From NCBI RefSeq assembly GCF_053078305.1, contig NZ_CP166879.1: a stretch of DNA of 64,000 nucleotides; one strand, given 5' to 3'. Below, piece after piece: positions 13,485-26,932 of this stretch; within the stretch, counting starts at the first letter, position 1; every line of letters begins with the position of its first letter. The notes below the pieces were generated by a model. That model ran no database searches, was not told the DNA's origin, and saw nothing but the letters and a program-made list of their open reading frames with translations. The position numbers and the translations under genes are program-made.

Positions 13485-14405
13485 ATGAAAACTGTTTCGA
13501 TAAAACACACTTACTGGGATATAGCTGCTGATATCTATTTCCCTGACGATTTTAATAGTGAAAAAAAGTATCCTGCCATTATCAGCGCCCATCCAATTGG
13601 AAGCTGCAAAGAACAGACATCGGGTAGTGTGTATGGTGCCGCCCTGGCAAAAGCTGGCTTTATCGTCATTGCTTTTGATGCCAGTTTTCAGGGAAGCAGC
13701 GGTGGGGAACCGCGTTATCTGGAAGATCCAACAATGCGAGTAAAAGACTTCAGCATTGTCGTTGATTACCTTACCAGCTTACCTTACGTTGATGCCGGGC
13801 GTATTGGTGTACTGGGTATTTGTGGTGGAGGTGGATATGCCATTAATGCCGCAATGACAGAACGTCGAATTAAAGCTATTGGTACTGTCACGGGTGCAAA
13901 CTACGGGCGTCTTATGCGTGAGGGATTTACAGCGTTTAATCCTATCGGAGCACTCGAAGCAATGGCGCAACAAAGAACAGACGAAGCTAACGGCGCAAAA
14001 CTTCGCGTAGATGATTTACTCCCCTCTTCTCCGGATGCAGCTCTTGAAGCGGGATTAACAGAAATAGACCTTTTTGAAGCCACAGAATATTATCGTTCGC
14101 CACGAGGCTATGCACCTAATGGGGTAAATCGTTCGCTATTCTCACATCAGACTGTTGCCGTGGGTTGGGATGCATTTCATCTTGCAGAAGTCCTGTTAAC
14201 TCAACCAATAATGGTTGTGGTGGGCGATAGAGTGGGCGCATTTGGTGCCTACCGTGACGGCTGCGAAATTATTGGCCGCGCTGCTTCAAAACATAAAGAG
14301 CTGGTCGTGGTTGAAGGTTATTCACATTACGACCTGTATGATAAGCCAGAACCTGTGAAACAGGCACTCGATAAATTAATTCCTTTTTATAAAACACATT
14401 TGTAA
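13485..14405 (+). CDS. alpha/beta hydrolase, dienelactone-hydrolase-like (Cys nucleophile elbow GICGGGG)
   Basis: 306 aa; nucleophile elbow with Cys (LGICGGGGYA) and C-terminal HYDLYD motif. Confidence 0.7.
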   Translation: MKTVSIKHTYWDIAADIYFPDDFNSEKKYPAIISAHPIGSCKEQTSGSVYGAALAKAGFIVIAFDASFQGSSGGEPRYLEDPTMRVKDFSIVVDYLTSLPYVDAGRIGVLGICGGGGYAINAAMTERRIKAIGTVTGANYGRLMREGFTAFNPIGALEAMAQQRTDEANGAKLRVDDLLPSSPDAALEAGLTEIDLFEATEYYRSPRGYAPNGVNRSLFSHQTVAVGWDAFHLAEVLLTQPIMVVVGDRVGAFGAYRDGCEIIGRAASKHKELVVVEGYSHYDLYDKPEPVKQALDKLIPFYKTHL

Positions 14406-14415
14406 TAATTTTACA

Positions 14416-14444
14416 GGGAGATTCCTTATCTCCCTTATATTTAT
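14416..14444 (+). terminator. putative intrinsic terminator after hydrolase gene
   Basis: hairpin gggagat-tcctt-atctccc followed by T-rich tract. Confidence 0.45.
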
Positions 14445-14649
14445 CCTTTATTGACTACACAACAATAATAAAATTACTCAAAAAGAAATTTCATTAAAGA
14501 AACAAAAAAGCAGCAACTCAATTATTAAGATTATTAGAAACCCTTTGAAGGGATTATAAATAAAGCCAGAAATCTTGATTCCAAAGCTGGCAACAACTAA
14601 CCAGTTAAAACATACGCATCAAAATCAGATAAACATTTGAGGTATTGTT

Positions 14650-15792
14650 ATGACAAATAAACACCCATCATTGTTTTCTCCTTTTATGCTGACAGAAAAA
14701 ATAAAGCTACGTAATCGTATCGTTATGGCTCCTATGACGACCTGGTCAGCGAATCCTGATGGAACCATCTCTGAGCAAGAACTCGAATTTTATAAACGCC
14801 GCTCACAAAATGTTGGTTTAGTAATAACAGGATGTACCTATGTCACGCCAAGCGGCATTGGGTTTACTCATGAATTTGCCGCATATGACGACCGTTTCAT
14901 TAACAGCCTTGAAAAGTTAGCAGCGGCAGCCCAAAGTGGGGGTGCTCCGGCTATTTTGCAGATTTTCCACGCCGGTAATAAAGCCATCCCGGAGCTTGTA
15001 CCAAATAACGATGTTATTAGTGCCAGCGCATCAAGCGTAAAAACTGGTGACTTTATGAAGAGAGTGGTACAAAGCAGGGAAATGACTGAAAACGAAATTC
15101 AGGAAACCATTAGAGCATTCGGAGATGTCACAAAAAGGGCGATTAAAGCAGGTTTTGATGGCATTGAACTTCATGGTGCGCACGGATTCCTTCTACAGAA
15201 TTTCTTCTCCCCACTATTTAACCAGCGTAATGACCGATGGGGAGGAGATCTCGAAGGACGTATGCGCTTCCCGCTGGCCGTATTACAGGAAGTAAAAAAT
15301 GTAGTCTATGAATATGCGACAAAGCCCTTTGCCATCGGTTACAGAATATCTCCTGAAGAATCTGCAACAGGGGGGCTGCGGATAGAGGATACTTATAAAC
15401 TCCTTGATCGGCTCATTTCATCCGGTATTTCGTATATACATACCTCGCTGGTCAGTATTAACGATAGCTACCCTGTTGAGTCGCCAAATGGCCCCCGAAC
15501 TATTGAATTGATTTTAAATCATATTGCAGGCAGAGTGCCGGTAATCGCTGCAGGTAAAATACGCACACCGTCTCAGGCTCAAGAAGCAATTTCCACTGGC
15601 CTGCCACTTGTTGCAATCGGTAAAGGGCTGGTGATAAATCCAGAATGGGTGACTTTAGCTGAATCAGGTAGAGGCCATGAAATTCAAACAACCCTTAATC
15701 CACAACTTGTTCCTGAATTAACCATTCCGGATAAACTATGGGATCAAATTCAGGCATCGAAAGGAACTGGCTGGTTTCCGTTAATGGATTAA
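14650..15792 (+). CDS. NADH:flavin oxidoreductase, Old Yellow Enzyme family
   Basis: 380 aa; OYE N-terminus (LFSPFMLTEKIKLRNRIVMAPMTT), HGAHGFLLQNFFSP active-site region. Confidence 0.8.
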   Translation: MTNKHPSLFSPFMLTEKIKLRNRIVMAPMTTWSANPDGTISEQELEFYKRRSQNVGLVITGCTYVTPSGIGFTHEFAAYDDRFINSLEKLAAAAQSGGAPAILQIFHAGNKAIPELVPNNDVISASASSVKTGDFMKRVVQSREMTENEIQETIRAFGDVTKRAIKAGFDGIELHGAHGFLLQNFFSPLFNQRNDRWGGDLEGRMRFPLAVLQEVKNVVYEYATKPFAIGYRISPEESATGGLRIEDTYKLLDRLISSGISYIHTSLVSINDSYPVESPNGPRTIELILNHIAGRVPVIAAGKIRTPSQAQEAISTGLPLVAIGKGLVINPEWVTLAESGRGHEIQTTLNPQLVPELTIPDKLWDQIQASKGTGWFPLMD

Positions 15793-16265
15793 ATATCTAT
15801 TACTCTCCCGAGAGTAAAACTATCAAATCAATGAGTAACCGATACAGCCTCACAAATTCTTTCAGATAATTAACCCGTCACTGCGGCACGTTCTCTCATA
15901 AGGCGTGCCTGCAGTGTAATCCAGTATGTATCCGGCATAGTTGACGGTTTAATAGAGCTCAATTCCTCGCCCAGGTTACCAACAACGATATCTTGTATAA
16001 CACCCCAGGAGATACGACATTATGATGAGATGCGATATGCTCCTCAGCGCCAATCAACGCCAGGACTGGGCCAGTCTTGAGATCAGACTCATTCCCGGAA
16101 CTGACTTCAGGCGACATATATCAATGACGTTGGTGCAATAAAAGATAGCCGATGTAATACATCTATTCAAATTTGTGATACATGTCAAAAAATTGGTTGA
16201 CCAAACTCGTTATTTATATAAGGGCACTTACGAAGTGCGCTCTTTTTTAAAGCGAGGAAGTACCA

Positions 16266-16367
16266 ATGAAAGAGAATAAAGTACAACAAATCAGTCATAA
16301 ACTGATTAATATCGTTGTTTTTGTCGCAATTGTAGAATACGCCTATTTATTTCTCCATTTCTATTAA
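16266..16367 (+). CDS. ykgR: small membrane protein YkgR (33 aa)
   Basis: ATG at 16266 encodes MKENKVQQISHKLINIVVFVAIVEYAYLFLHFY with single hydrophobic helix; not in supplied ORF track (below length cutoff). Confidence 0.65.
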   Translation: MKENKVQQISHKLINIVVFVAIVEYAYLFLHFY

Positions 16368-16701
16368 TAACGGCAATAAACTGTTCACTTCAGTGATATT
16401 TAAAATATGCATCCTCTCCCTTTTTGTAAGTAATTATTATATCCGTGGGAGAGGAATACACGCTGTCAGGTAATCAATCATACTGCGATAAATCATCGGC
16501 CAGTAAAGTGGAGATAACCTCCATTCTCGAAAAATCCATACTCTCAGCGAAACTATCATCAATCACTCATCCAGGCGTTTATGGGAGCGTCGCCAATGGC
16601 TGTTAACAATGCCAGAGTTCCCCGTTGAGGAAATTCCACATACCACTAATGGTCACAGGGATTGGGTGTTGAAATGATCCGGATGAGCATGTATCTTTAT
16701 G

Positions 16702-16719
16702 GTTATGTTATAACATAAC
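16702..16719. promoter_or_regulatory. Zur box (zinc uptake regulator operator) upstream of ykgM
   Basis: perfect 18-bp palindrome gttatgttataacataac centred ~20 bp upstream of ykgM start; matches Zur operator core TGTTATnnATAACA. Confidence 0.7.
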
Positions 16720-16730
16720 AGGTAAAAATG

Positions 16731-16994
16731 ATGAAGCCCAATATCCATCCTGAGTATCGTACTGTGGTGTTCCACGACACCAGTGTTGATGAGTACTTTA
16801 AAATCGGCTCGACTATCAAAACAGACCGTGAGATTGAGCTGGATGGCGTAACGTATCCGTACGTAACAATTGATGTCTCTTCGAAATCGCACCCGTTCTA
16901 TACAGGGAAGCTGAGAACAGTGGCATCAGAAGGAAATGTTGCACGATTCACCCAACGTTTTGGTCGTTTTGTTAGCACGAAAAAGGGGGCGTGA
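16731..16994 (+). CDS. ykgM: 50S ribosomal protein L31 type B (zinc-independent paralogue)
   Basis: ORF 16728..16994; [18 protein letters not shown]... lacks the CxxC zinc ribbon of primary L31; Zur box upstream. Confidence 0.9.
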
Positions 16995-17134
16995 TGAAAG
17001 TTCTTAACTCTCTTCGTACCGCAAAAGAACGCCATCCAGACTGTCAGATTGTGAAGCGAAAAGGACGGCTATATGTGATTTGTAAATCTAATCCACGTTT
17101 TAAGGCCGTTCAGGGTCGTAAGAAAAAACGTTGA
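16994..17134 (+). CDS. ykgO: 50S ribosomal protein L36 paralogue (46 aa)
   Basis: ATG overlapping ykgM stop (TGATG); encodes [46 protein letters not shown]; not in ORF track. Confidence 0.85.
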   Translation: MKVLNSLRTAKERHPDCQIVKRKGRLYVICKSNPRFKAVQGRKKKR

Positions 17135-17203
17135 TTCAAAATTCGACGGATTAACGATATTTGTCTGATTAATAATCAGACCGGATTAATGTTGGTGTAT
17201 TTA

Positions 17204-17395
17204 TTACACCAGCATTAATTTTCCTGGGGATGTATCTTCCTGTTCATTTAAGGTCAACTGCCTGACGTTTCTCTCCGAATATTCCATTATATTAATGTTG
17301 ACTTGTTGACCAGCTTCGCCCCTGTATGCTGGCATCAACCCTCTTTTAGACTGAACACGCCACTCAGTTTCCTCCCTTTGCGACGCAGCCTGCAT
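17204..17395 (-). CDS. small hypothetical ORF (possible ykgL-like)
   Basis: 63-aa ORF only; position matches where a small gene lies between ykgO and ecpR in E. coli; no motif support. Confidence 0.2.
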   Translation of the reverse strand: MQAASQREETEWRVQSKRGLMPAYRGEAGQQVNINIMEYSERNVRQLTLNEQEDTSPGKLMLV

Positions 17396-18149
17396 TTACA
17401 CTCAAACTGTTAAGATGATAAATGTGGTAAATCTGTTGGTACTGACATAAAAACGTTTACGCCACAGGAACGGCCTGATCCACCGGTAACCCCGTCGCCG
17501 ACGTTCGAGTGCCAGTTAGAGTAACGCGCACAGATGACTGAATGCAGTGCCCTGGCAAAGAGGCCATCGTTCCGGTGACAACTGGCAGTCTTCGTTTAAC
17601 TTCACTTAATCTGGCTCTTAGGGGGCTTACCGGACAGATGACGTACTTACACCTGTTTAATTTTTCATCACTTATTGGGATGAACACCCATAACCATTTT
17701 GTGCGGCATGTTAATCCATTAAAACACCTTACTGATTGGCAAATCATCTTTAATTATGACTCATGATAGTTTTATATTCTATTTCTTATCATTTAGACTT
17801 GTTTTTTTACTAGTCCATTACACAACACATTAAGACTATTCCTAACACCTCAGGGCAAAGTTCCTGGCTAATATAAAATGCAAGTAAGAATTGAACGTTA
17901 TATTGCCAATAACCTTATGAAACTGAATGTCTTTTTCTTCTTATCAAAAAAGCAATATTTTCATTTTTTGTAAATATTGACTTAACCATGGAATTCATTT
18001 TCTGTTCACATATTGACACTCATCAGGAAAAAAACATAAATTTAAACCTAATCGAAATAATTAAAACTTAATCTCGTTTAACCTATATTGATATGTGCTA
18101 CGTATCTTATTTACTTCCGATTTACTAAAGAAACTGAATGTACCTGTAA

Positions 18150-18761
<612 letters not shown>

Positions 18762-18835
18762 ACTCCAGGCAAGTTAGTTTTAAAAAATGACTCACCGGGA
18801 CTCCATGTCCTCAATTCAACTCGGGAAGAAAAGCA

Positions 18836-19423
18836 ATGAAAAAAAAGGTTCTGGCAATAGCTCTGGTAACGGTGTTTACCGGTATAGGTGTGGCGCAGGC
18901 TGCTGACGTAACAGCTCAGGCTGTAGCGACCTGGTCAGCAACAGCCAAAAAAGACACCACCAGTAAGCTGGTTGTGACGCCACTCGGTAGCCTGGCGTTC
19001 CAGTATGCCGAAGGCATTAAAGGTTTTAACTCACAGAAAGGTCTATTTGACGTGGCTATCGAGGGTGACTCAACGGCTACCGCCTTTAAACTGACCTCAC
19101 GTCTTATCACCAACACCTTAACCCAGTTGGATACCTCAGGTTCTACACTGAATGTGGGCGTGGATTATAACGGCGCGGCAGTCGAAAAAACTGGCGATAC
19201 CGTGATGATCGATACCGCCAACGGCGTACTGGGCGGCAACCTTAGCCCGCTGGCAAACGGTTACAATGCCAGCAATCGTACCACCGCACAGGATGGTTTC
19301 ACTTTCTCCATCATCAGCGGCACCACCAATGGTACCACCGCAGTAACCGATTACAGCACTCTACCGGAGGGCATCTGGAGCGGCGACGTTAGCGTACAGT
19401 TCGACGCGACCTGGACCAGTTAA
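18836..19423 (+). CDS. ecpA: EcpA (MatB), E. coli common pilus major subunit
   Basis: 195 aa; signal peptide [22 protein letters not shown], Thr/Ser-rich pilin. Confidence 0.9.
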   Translation: MKKKVLAIALVTVFTGIGVAQAADVTAQAVATWSATAKKDTTSKLVVTPLGSLAFQYAEGIKGFNSQKGLFDVAIEGDSTATAFKLTSRLITNTLTQLDTSGSTLNVGVDYNGAAVEKTGDTVMIDTANGVLGGNLSPLANGYNASNRTTAQDGFTFSIISGTTNGTTAVTDYSTLPEGIWSGDVSVQFDATWTS

Positions 19424-19480
19424 TCTCTCTGATGTACCAGCAGGGGTAGCCCCCCTGCTTTATTCCTGGACGGAATTGTT

Positions 19481-20149
19481 ATGAAAAAGCACCTTCTGCT
19501 TCTCGCTCTGCTGTTATCCGGAATATCTCCGGCCCAGGCGCTGGATGTCGGCGATATATCATCGTTTATGAACAGTGACAGCAGCACGCTGAGCAAAACG
19601 ATCAAAAACAGTACCGACAGTGGTCGCCTCATCAATATCCGTCTCGAACGGCTCTCTTCACCGCTTGACGACGGGCAGGTTATCTCAATGGACAAGCCGG
19701 ACGAGTTGCTACTCACTCCCGCCAGCTTGCTGCTACCCGCCCAAGCCAGCGAAGTGATCCGCTTCTTCTATAAGGGACCAGCAGATGAAAAAGAGCGCTA
19801 CTACCGCATTGTCTGGTTTGATCAGGCCCTCAGTGATGCGCAGCGCGATAATGCCAACCGCAGCGCTGTGGCCACTGCTTCCGCCCGCATCGGCACCATT
19901 CTGGTCGTCGCCCCCCGCCAGGCAAACTACCACTTTCAGTACGCCAACGGCACCCTGACAAATACAGGAAATGCGACGCTGCGGATCCTCGCCTACGGCC
20001 CCTGCCTGAAAGCCGCCAATGGTAAAGAGTGTAAAGAGAATTACTACCTGATGCCGGGCAAGTCGCGTCGTTTTACCCGCGTGGACACGGCGGATAACAA
20101 AGGACGGGTTGCACTTTGGCAGGGTGATAAGTTCATTCCCGTGAAATAG
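19481..20149 (+). CDS. ecpB: EcpB, periplasmic pilus chaperone
   Basis: 222 aa with signal peptide; operon position. Confidence 0.85.
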   Translation: MKKHLLLLALLLSGISPAQALDVGDISSFMNSDSSTLSKTIKNSTDSGRLINIRLERLSSPLDDGQVISMDKPDELLLTPASLLLPAQASEVIRFFYKGPADEKERYYRIVWFDQALSDAQRDNANRSAVATASARIGTILVVAPRQANYHFQYANGTLTNTGNATLRILAYGPCLKAANGKECKENYYLMPGKSRRFTRVDTADNKGRVALWQGDKFIPVK

Positions 20150-20174
20150 ATAGCTGTGCAGATGGATAACGACA

Positions 20175-22700
20175 ATGCCTTTACGACGGTTCTCCCCAGG
20201 ACTGAAAGCCCAGTTTGCCTTCGGCATGGTCTTTTTGTTCGTTCAGCCCGATGCCAGCGCTGCTGACATAAGTGCGCAGCAAATAGGTGGGGTGATTATT
20301 CCGCAGGCCTTCAGTCAGGCGCTCCAGGACGGCATGAGCGTCCCGCTTTATATTCATCTCGCCGGTAGCCAGGGTCGCCAGGACGATCAGCGAATCGGCA
20401 GCGCTTTTATCTGGTTGGATGATGGACAGCTACGCATCCGGAAAATACAGCTGGAAGAGAGTGAAGATAACGCCAGTGTCAGCGAACAAACTCGACAGCA
20501 GCTGATGGCTCTGGCGAACGCCCCGTTCAATGAGGCCCTTACCATCCCCCTGACTGACAACGCGCAGCTGGATCTCAGCTTGCGCCAACTGCTGCTGCAG
20601 CTGGTGGTCAAGCGCGAAGCGCTGGGCACTGTACTACGCTCACGTAGCGAAGACATCGGGCAGTCCAGTGTTAACACCCTCAGCAGTAATCTGAGCTATA
20701 ACTTCGGCATCTATAACAACCAGTTGCGTAACGGCGGGAGCAACACATCCAGCTATCTGTCGCTGAATAACGTTACTGCACTGCGCGAACATCATGTGGT
20801 GCTCGACGGCTCGCTGTACGGAATCGGTAGCGGTCAACAGGACAGTGAATTATATAAAGCGATGTATGAACGCGATTTTGCCGGTCACCGATTTGCCGGT
20901 GGAATGCTCGACACCTGGAACTTGCAGTCCTTAGGGCCGATGACCGCCATTTCAGCAGGGAAGATTTACGGCCTTTCCTGGGGAAACCAGGCCAGCTCCA
21001 CCATCTTCGACAGCAGCCAGTCAGCCACGCCAGTGATCGCCTTTTTACCGGCGGCGGGTGAAGTACATCTCACCCGTGATGGGCGGCTACTAAGCGTTCA
21101 GAACTTCACTATGGGCAATCATGAAGTGGATACCCGGGGTCTACCGTACGGTATTTACGATGTGGAAGTTGAGGTGATCGTTAACGGTCGCGTGATCAGC
21201 AAACGCACCCAGCGGGTCAATAAGCTGTTTAGCCGGGGGCGCGGCGTTGGTGCACCACTGGCGTGGCAGGTATGGGGCGGTAGCTTTCATATGGATCGCT
21301 GGTCGGAAAACGGGAAAAAGACGCGACCAGCTAAGGAGAGCTGGCTAGCAGGTGCCTCGACCTCCGGCTCATTGAGTACGCTTAGCTGGGCGGCAACGGG
21401 ATATGGATACGATAATCAGGCGGTGGGTGAAACCCGTCTGACGCTGCCGCTTGGGGGAGCGATCAACGTTAACCTGCAAAATATGCTGGCCAGTGACAGC
21501 TCATGGAGCAACATCGCCAGCATCAGCGCCACTCTACCGGGAGGCTTTAGTTCGCTGTGGGTTAACCAGGAAAAAACCCGCATTGGCAATCAATTGCGAC
21601 GTAGCGATGCCGACAACCGTGCAATCGGCGGCACACTCAACCTGAACTCACTGTGGTCGAAGCTGGGCACATTCAGCATCAGCTACAATGATGACCGCCG
21701 TTACAACAGCCATTATTACACGGCAGATTACTATCAAAATGTCTACAGCGGTCCCTTTGGTTCGCTTGGCCTGCGGGCCGGTATTCAGCGCTATAACAAC
21801 GGCGACAGCAACGCCAATACAGGGAAATATATCGCTCTCGATCTCTCGCTACCACTGGGCAACTGGTTTAGCGCAGGGATGACTCATCAAAACGGCTACA
21901 CCATGGCAAACCTGTCAGCACGCAAGCAGTTTGATGAAGGGACCATTCGCACTGTTGGTGCCAATCTGTCACGAGCCATCTCCGGCGATACCGGTGATGA
22001 CAAAACTCTCAGTGGTGGGGCGTATGCACAGTTCGACGCTCGCTACGCCAGCGGAACGCTGAACGTCAATAGCGCGGCGGACGGCTACGTCAATACCAAT
22101 TTAACCGCCAATGGCAGCGTCGGCTGGCAGGGTAAAAACATTGCTGCCAGCGGGCGGACTGATGGCAACGCTGGGGTGATATTCAACACCGGGCTGGAGG
22201 ACGACGGTCAGATCAGCGCCAAAATCAACGGGCGGATTTTCCCGCTTAACGGCAAGCGTAACTATCTCCCGCTCTCTCCCTATGGAAGATATGAGGTGGA
22301 GTTACAGAACAGCAAAAACTCACTCGACAGTTACGATATCGTCAGCGGTCGCAAAAGTCATCTGACTCTCTATCCAGGCAATGTCGCTGTCATTGAGCCA
22401 GAGGTGAAGCAGATGGTTACCGTCTCCGGTCGTATCCGTGCGGAAGACGGCACACTGCTGGCTAACGCACGGATTAACAACCATATCGGCCGAACCCGAA
22501 CCGATGAAAACGGCGAGTTTGTCATGGACGTGGATAAGAAATACCCCACTATCGATTTTCGCTACAGTGGCAATAAAACCTGCGAAGTGGCACTGGAACT
22601 CAACCAGGCGCGCGGTGCCGTCTGGGTCGGTGATGTGGTCTGCAGCGGCCTCTCATCGTGGGCGGCGGTGACGCAGACAGGAGAAGAGAATGAGAGTTAA
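20175..22700 (+). CDS. ecpC: EcpC, outer membrane usher
   Basis: 841 aa, signal peptide, beta-rich; operon position. Confidence 0.9.
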   Translation: MPLRRFSPGLKAQFAFGMVFLFVQPDASAADISAQQIGGVIIPQAFSQALQDGMSVPLYIHLAGSQGRQDDQRIGSAFIWLDDGQLRIRKIQLEESEDNASVSEQTRQQLMALANAPFNEALTIPLTDNAQLDLSLRQLLLQLVVKREALGTVLRSRSEDIGQSSVNTLSSNLSYNFGIYNNQLRNGGSNTSSYLSLNNVTALREHHVVLDGSLYGIGSGQQDSELYKAMYERDFAGHRFAGGMLDTWNLQSLGPMTAISAGKIYGLSWGNQASSTIFDSSQSATPVIAFLPAAGEVHLTRDGRLLSVQNFTMGNHEVDTRGLPYGIYDVEVEVIVNGRVISKRTQRVNKLFSRGRGVGAPLAWQVWGGSFHMDRWSENGKKTRPAKESWLAGASTSGSLSTLSWAATGYGYDNQAVGETRLTLPLGGAINVNLQNMLASDSSWSNIASISATLPGGFSSLWVNQEKTRIGNQLRRSDADNRAIGGTLNLNSLWSKLGTFSISYNDDRRYNSHYYTADYYQNVYSGPFGSLGLRAGIQRYNNGDSNANTGKYIALDLSLPLGNWFSAGMTHQNGYTMANLSARKQFDEGTIRTVGANLSRAISGDTGDDKTLSGGAYAQFDARYASGTLNVNSAADGYVNTNLTANGSVGWQGKNIAASGRTDGNAGVIFNTGLEDDGQISAKINGRIFPLNGKRNYLPLSPYGRYEVELQNSKNSLDSYDIVSGRKSHLTLYPGNVAVIEPEVKQMVTVSGRIRAEDGTLLANARINNHIGRTRTDENGEFVMDVDKKYPTIDFRYSGNKTCEVALELNQARGAVWVGDVVCSGLSSWAAVTQTGEENES

Positions 22701-24333
22701 CCTACTGATAGCGATGATAATCTTTGCGCTAATCTGGCCAGTAACTGCGCTCAGAGCGGCAGTGAGCAAAACAACCTGGGCGGATGCACCGGCACGCGAG
22801 TTTGTGTTTGTCGAAAACAACTCAGACGACAACTTTTTCGTCACTCCTGGCGGGGCGCTGGATCCGCGCCTGACCGGTGCCAACCGCTGGACCGGTTTAA
22901 AATACAATGGTTCAGGAACCATCTATCAGCAAAGCCTCGGCTACATTGATAACGGTTACAACACCGGCCTTTATACCAACTGGAAGTTTGATATGTGGCT
23001 GGAAAATTCACCAGTTTCATCTCCTTTAACTGGCTTGCGCTGCATCAACTGGTACGCTGGGTGTAATATGACCACCAGTCTTATCCTGCCGCAAACCACC
23101 GACACCAGTGGATTTTATGGCGCGACGGTGACCAGCGGCGGCGCGAAGTGGATGCACGGCATGTTGTCAGACGCGTTTTACCAGTATCTGCAACAAATGC
23201 CCGTCGGCAGCAGCTTTACAATGACCATCAATGCCTGCCAGACCTCTGTGAACTATGACGCCAGCAGCGGCGCACGCTGTAAGGATCAGGCCTCCGGCAA
23301 CTGGTATGTTCGCAACGTCACCCATACGAAAGCAGCAAACCTACGGTTGATAAATACCCACTCGCTGGCGGAAGTATTTATCAACAGCGACGGAGTACCG
23401 ACTCTGGGCGAAGGGAACGCCGACTGCCGGACGCAAACCATCGGCAGCCGTTCAGGATTAAGTTGTAAGATGGTTAACTATACCCTGCAAACAAACGGAC
23501 TCAGCAACACCTCAATCCATATATTCCCGGCGATCGCCAACTCGTCGTTAGCCTCGGCCATCGGGGCGTACGATATGCAGTTCAGTCTGAATGGCAGTTC
23601 ATGGAAACCGGTGAGCAATACTGCCTATTACTACACCTTCAACGAGATGAAGAGCGCAGACTCGATCTATGTTTTCTTCTCGAGCAACTTCTTTAAGCAG
23701 ATGGTGAACCAGGGAATCAGCGATATCAACACCAAAGATCTATTCAACTTTCGCTTTCAGAACACCACATCACCGGAGTCTGGCTGGTATGAATTTTCTA
23801 CCTCCAACACGCTGATTATCAAACCCCGTGATTTCAGCATCAGTATTATCTCCGATGAATATACTCAGACACCGTCGCGGGAGGGATATGTTGGCAGCGG
23901 CGAGTCGGCACTCGATTTCGGCTATATCGTAACCACCAGCGGTAAAACAGCTGCCGACGAAGTGCTGATCAAGGTGACCGGACCCGCGCAGGTGATTGGC
24001 GGGCGCTCCTATTGTGTCTTCAGCTCCGATGACGGTAAGGCGAAAGTACCGTTCCCGGCGACGCTTTCCTTTATTACCCGCAACGGAGCTACAAAAACCT
24101 ACGATGCCGGGTGCGATGATAGCTGGCGGGATATGACCGATGCGCTGTGGCTGACCACACCGTGGACTGATATCTCTGGCGAAGTGGGGCAGATGGATAA
24201 GACCACAGTCAAATTTTCGATTCCAATGGATAACGCCATTTCGCTGCGTACGGTAGATGATAACGGCTGGTTTGGCGAAGTCAGCGCTTCAGGAGAAATT
24301 CATGTTCAGGCGACGTGGCGTAACATTAACTAA
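22690..24333 (+). CDS. ecpD: EcpD, pilus tip adhesin subunit
   Basis: 547 aa with signal peptide; overlaps ecpC stop; operon position. Confidence 0.85.
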   Translation: MRVNLLIAMIIFALIWPVTALRAAVSKTTWADAPAREFVFVENNSDDNFFVTPGGALDPRLTGANRWTGLKYNGSGTIYQQSLGYIDNGYNTGLYTNWKFDMWLENSPVSSPLTGLRCINWYAGCNMTTSLILPQTTDTSGFYGATVTSGGAKWMHGMLSDAFYQYLQQMPVGSSFTMTINACQTSVNYDASSGARCKDQASGNWYVRNVTHTKAANLRLINTHSLAEVFINSDGVPTLGEGNADCRTQTIGSRSGLSCKMVNYTLQTNGLSNTSIHIFPAIANSSLASAIGAYDMQFSLNGSSWKPVSNTAYYYTFNEMKSADSIYVFFSSNFFKQMVNQGISDINTKDLFNFRFQNTTSPESGWYEFSTSNTLIIKPRDFSISIISDEYTQTPSREGYVGSGESALDFGYIVTTSGKTAADEVLIKVTGPAQVIGGRSYCVFSSDDGKAKVPFPATLSFITRNGATKTYDAGCDDSWRDMTDALWLTTPWTDISGEVGQMDKTTVKFSIPMDNAISLRTVDDNGWFGEVSASGEIHVQATWRNIN

Positions 24334-25012
24334 GGCCCTGCTGACAGCGGTCTGTATGCTGGCGGCACCTTTGACACAGGCGATTTCGGTCGGCAATCTG
24401 ACATTTTCGCTGCCGTCCGAGACTGACTTTGTCAGCAAACGTGTAGTGAATAACAACAAAAGCGCACGGATATACCGTATTGCCATCAGTGCTATTGATA
24501 GCCCGGGCAGCAGTGAATTGCGCACCCGACCGGTGGATGGTGAACTGCTTTTCGCCCCCCGCCAGCTGGCGTTGCAGGCTGGTGAGAGCGAGTATTTTAA
24601 ATTTTACTATCATGGTCCACAGGATAACCGCGAGCGCTACTACCGGGTCTCATTTCGCGAGGTCCCCACTCGTAACCTGACAAAACGCAGCCCTACCGGC
24701 GGTGAGGTCAGCACGGAGCCGGTGGTGGTGATGGATACCATTCTGGTAGTACGACCACGTCAGGTTCAGTTTAAATGGTCCTTCGACAAGGTGACAGGAA
24801 CGGTAAGTAACACCGGCAACACATGGTTTAAGCTACTGATTAAGCCAGGATGTGATTCGACCGAAGAGGAAGGCGATGCCTGGTATCTACGTCCGGGAGA
24901 CGTGGTTCATCAGCCTGAGTTACGTCAGCCGGGGAATCATTATCTGGTCTATAACGACAAATTCATTAAGATTAGCGATTCCTGTCCGGCTAAGCCCCCT
25001 TCGGCGGACTGA
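24302..25012 (+). CDS. ecpE: EcpE, second pilus chaperone
   Basis: ORF 24257..25012; start assigned to [27 protein letters not shown] signal peptide; overlaps ecpD 3' end. Confidence 0.8.
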   Translation: MFRRRGVTLTKALLTAVCMLAAPLTQAISVGNLTFSLPSETDFVSKRVVNNNKSARIYRIAISAIDSPGSSELRTRPVDGELLFAPRQLALQAGESEYFKFYYHGPQDNRERYYRVSFREVPTRNLTKRSPTGGEVSTEPVVVMDTILVVRPRQVQFKWSFDKVTGTVSNTGNTWFKLLIKPGCDSTEEEGDAWYLRPGDVVHQPELRQPGNHYLVYNDKFIKISDSCPAKPPSAD

Positions 25013-25324
25013 TACTTATCCATCGGTCGAGGGAAGAATTCCACCTCAGAGACTCAAAAAACGTTTAAATGATGTGGAAGCGATCGTCAATGTCACCTGT
25101 AACGATGGGCTTTCTCATATGCACACCATAGTGTTCAGGAGACACAGAAAGGTATCAGGCTGCCTGCTAACGAGTGGTTTATTCACGAAATAGTACGTAA
25201 AATCGGTAACGGCTGGAAATCATTCAATACTCACACTATCGAAAGTACACCAGCCAACCGCGGTACGTTCTTACATACGATGTACCGCTGTTCTCTTTAC
25301 GATTTATAGCTGTACTGGTGAATT

Positions 25325-25654
25325 ATGAGCAATCTGAATCCATGCATGACGTGTGGTGCCTGTTGTGCATTTTTCCGCGTCTCTTTTTACTGGGCCGAAG
25401 CCGACGATGCTGGCGGTACCATTCCCGCCAGGCTCACTGAACAAATATCCCCTTTTCACCGATGCATGAGCGGTACCAATCAGAAAAACCCCCGATGTAT
25501 TGCCCTTGCAGGAACCCCAGGCAAAAATGCCTGCTGCACGATATATAAAAATCGATCGTCCACGTGCAGAGAATTCGCCATGTCTGGTGAGAACGGAGAA
25601 GTCAATGAGGCTTGCAATCGTGCAAGGGCTAAATACGGGCTGACACCGTTATAA
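25325..25654 (+). CDS. ykgJ: YkgJ, Cys-rich zinc/iron-chelating-domain protein (UPF0153)
   Basis: 109 aa; CMTCGACC ... [17 protein letters not shown] ... STCREF Cys clusters. Confidence 0.8.
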   Translation: MSNLNPCMTCGACCAFFRVSFYWAEADDAGGTIPARLTEQISPFHRCMSGTNQKNPRCIALAGTPGKNACCTIYKNRSSTCREFAMSGENGEVNEACNRARAKYGLTPL

Positions 25655-25677
25655 ATATACAATAATTAATTGCACTG

Positions 25678-25709
25678 CCCCGCCAGCGATAATAGCGGGG
25701 CTTCGTTTT
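25678..25709 (+). terminator. intrinsic terminator after ykgJ
   Basis: hairpin ccccgc-cagcgataata-gcgggg followed by cttcgtttt. Confidence 0.5.
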
Positions 25710-25854
25710 CAGGGACAACAAAACCCGAAACTTCTTGTATTTGCCAGCAACAATGCCTCTCTTCTGTAGCGTTCTTCGGATCTACATCATCCTGAAGTAG
25801 CGCGATATACTCACTGACTATCTGAATCAGAATATAAAAAGCAATGTTTTTAAC

Positions 25855-25890
25855 CTATAAAAATGGCGCTGTATTTGCGCCATTTTTATC
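25855..25890. terminator. bidirectional intrinsic terminator (3' of yagU)
   Basis: hairpin ggcgctgtatttgcgcc flanked by A-run and T-run. Confidence 0.5.
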
Positions 25891-25900
25891 ATTCAATGCA

Positions 25901-26515
25901 TTATCTGTTTGAGCCTAAGGGGATCTCAGGGTCTGGCTCATGAGTAATTCTGTTTCGTAAATCTCTGCGAATAATTTCAATGGACCAGAACCAGACTAAA
26001 TGTCCAAAAATTTCAGAAACATTCTCATACCACGGGAGATCAAAAAGAGGTGGTGTCAGTCCCATGAGAGGGAATGAAATCATATGAACAAAAAGTTGGG
26101 CTAAAGCACCTGCCAGTAAGCCCTGCCAGAGTTTAATTTTTGGAAATACTTCAGCGACCACACAATAACCGACAGCAAACACTATCGAAAAGATAATGTG
26201 CGTAACACCAACCCAGTTAAAGATATGCCCGGCAAAGGTATAAACAGCCGCATTGGGATCTGTCAGCCCCAGCCAGTCTCGAAGAAAAATATACGGAGGA
26301 TTGAGAAAATTACGCGAGCAATCAATTTGCCCAGCAGCCCTGATTAATGATTCCGGGCCACACGCTGCATTAAACATATCCACCGGGCTACGTGGAGGCA
26401 ATGGAACTTCAGCCCCCCACTTCACAAATGCGGAAACAACGCCAGCAATCAGCCCAATGAATGCAGCAAGACCATAACGTCTGCGGTTCGGTGGAGTTTG
26501 TTCAAATATATTCAT
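25901..26515 (-). CDS. yagU: YagU, inner membrane protein (DUF1440)
   Basis: 204 aa; three to four hydrophobic helices; conserved position next to pao operon. Confidence 0.85.
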   Translation of the reverse strand: MNIFEQTPPNRRRYGLAAFIGLIAGVVSAFVKWGAEVPLPPRSPVDMFNAACGPESLIRAAGQIDCSRNFLNPPYIFLRDWLGLTDPNAAVYTFAGHIFNWVGVTHIIFSIVFAVGYCVVAEVFPKIKLWQGLLAGALAQLFVHMISFPLMGLTPPLFDLPWYENVSEIFGHLVWFWSIEIIRRDLRNRITHEPDPEIPLGSNR

Positions 26516-26932
26516 ATCTACCCTGCTTGTACCATTATGTTATACACCTCTTTAGGAGTATTCATAAAACAAGGCGAATGTAAAGAACTGTATTGTTTTG
26601 TATAACAAGATGGTTGTCTAATCGCCAAAGAATATAAGCACCATCATTTCTCCCTATTTTTATATTAGAAGTGACATAGATTTGCAGGGTGATGCAGAGC
26701 TGACAATCACAGGTTTCCTTATCGGTTTTTGCATCGTACAACTCAAGCAATAAACCAGCTCCCATCATCATCAACATCCCGGCGAACATGAATTTATTAG
26801 CCGGGCTCATAGCTGCATTCGCGTTTTAAGAATAATCCTCCTGCTGTCGCCGACTATGCTTAACGTTTAAAAAAGCATCAGCACTCTCGCAACGCACTCT
26901 TATTTTCCCCTTTAGAATACCGGAGGCCTGGT

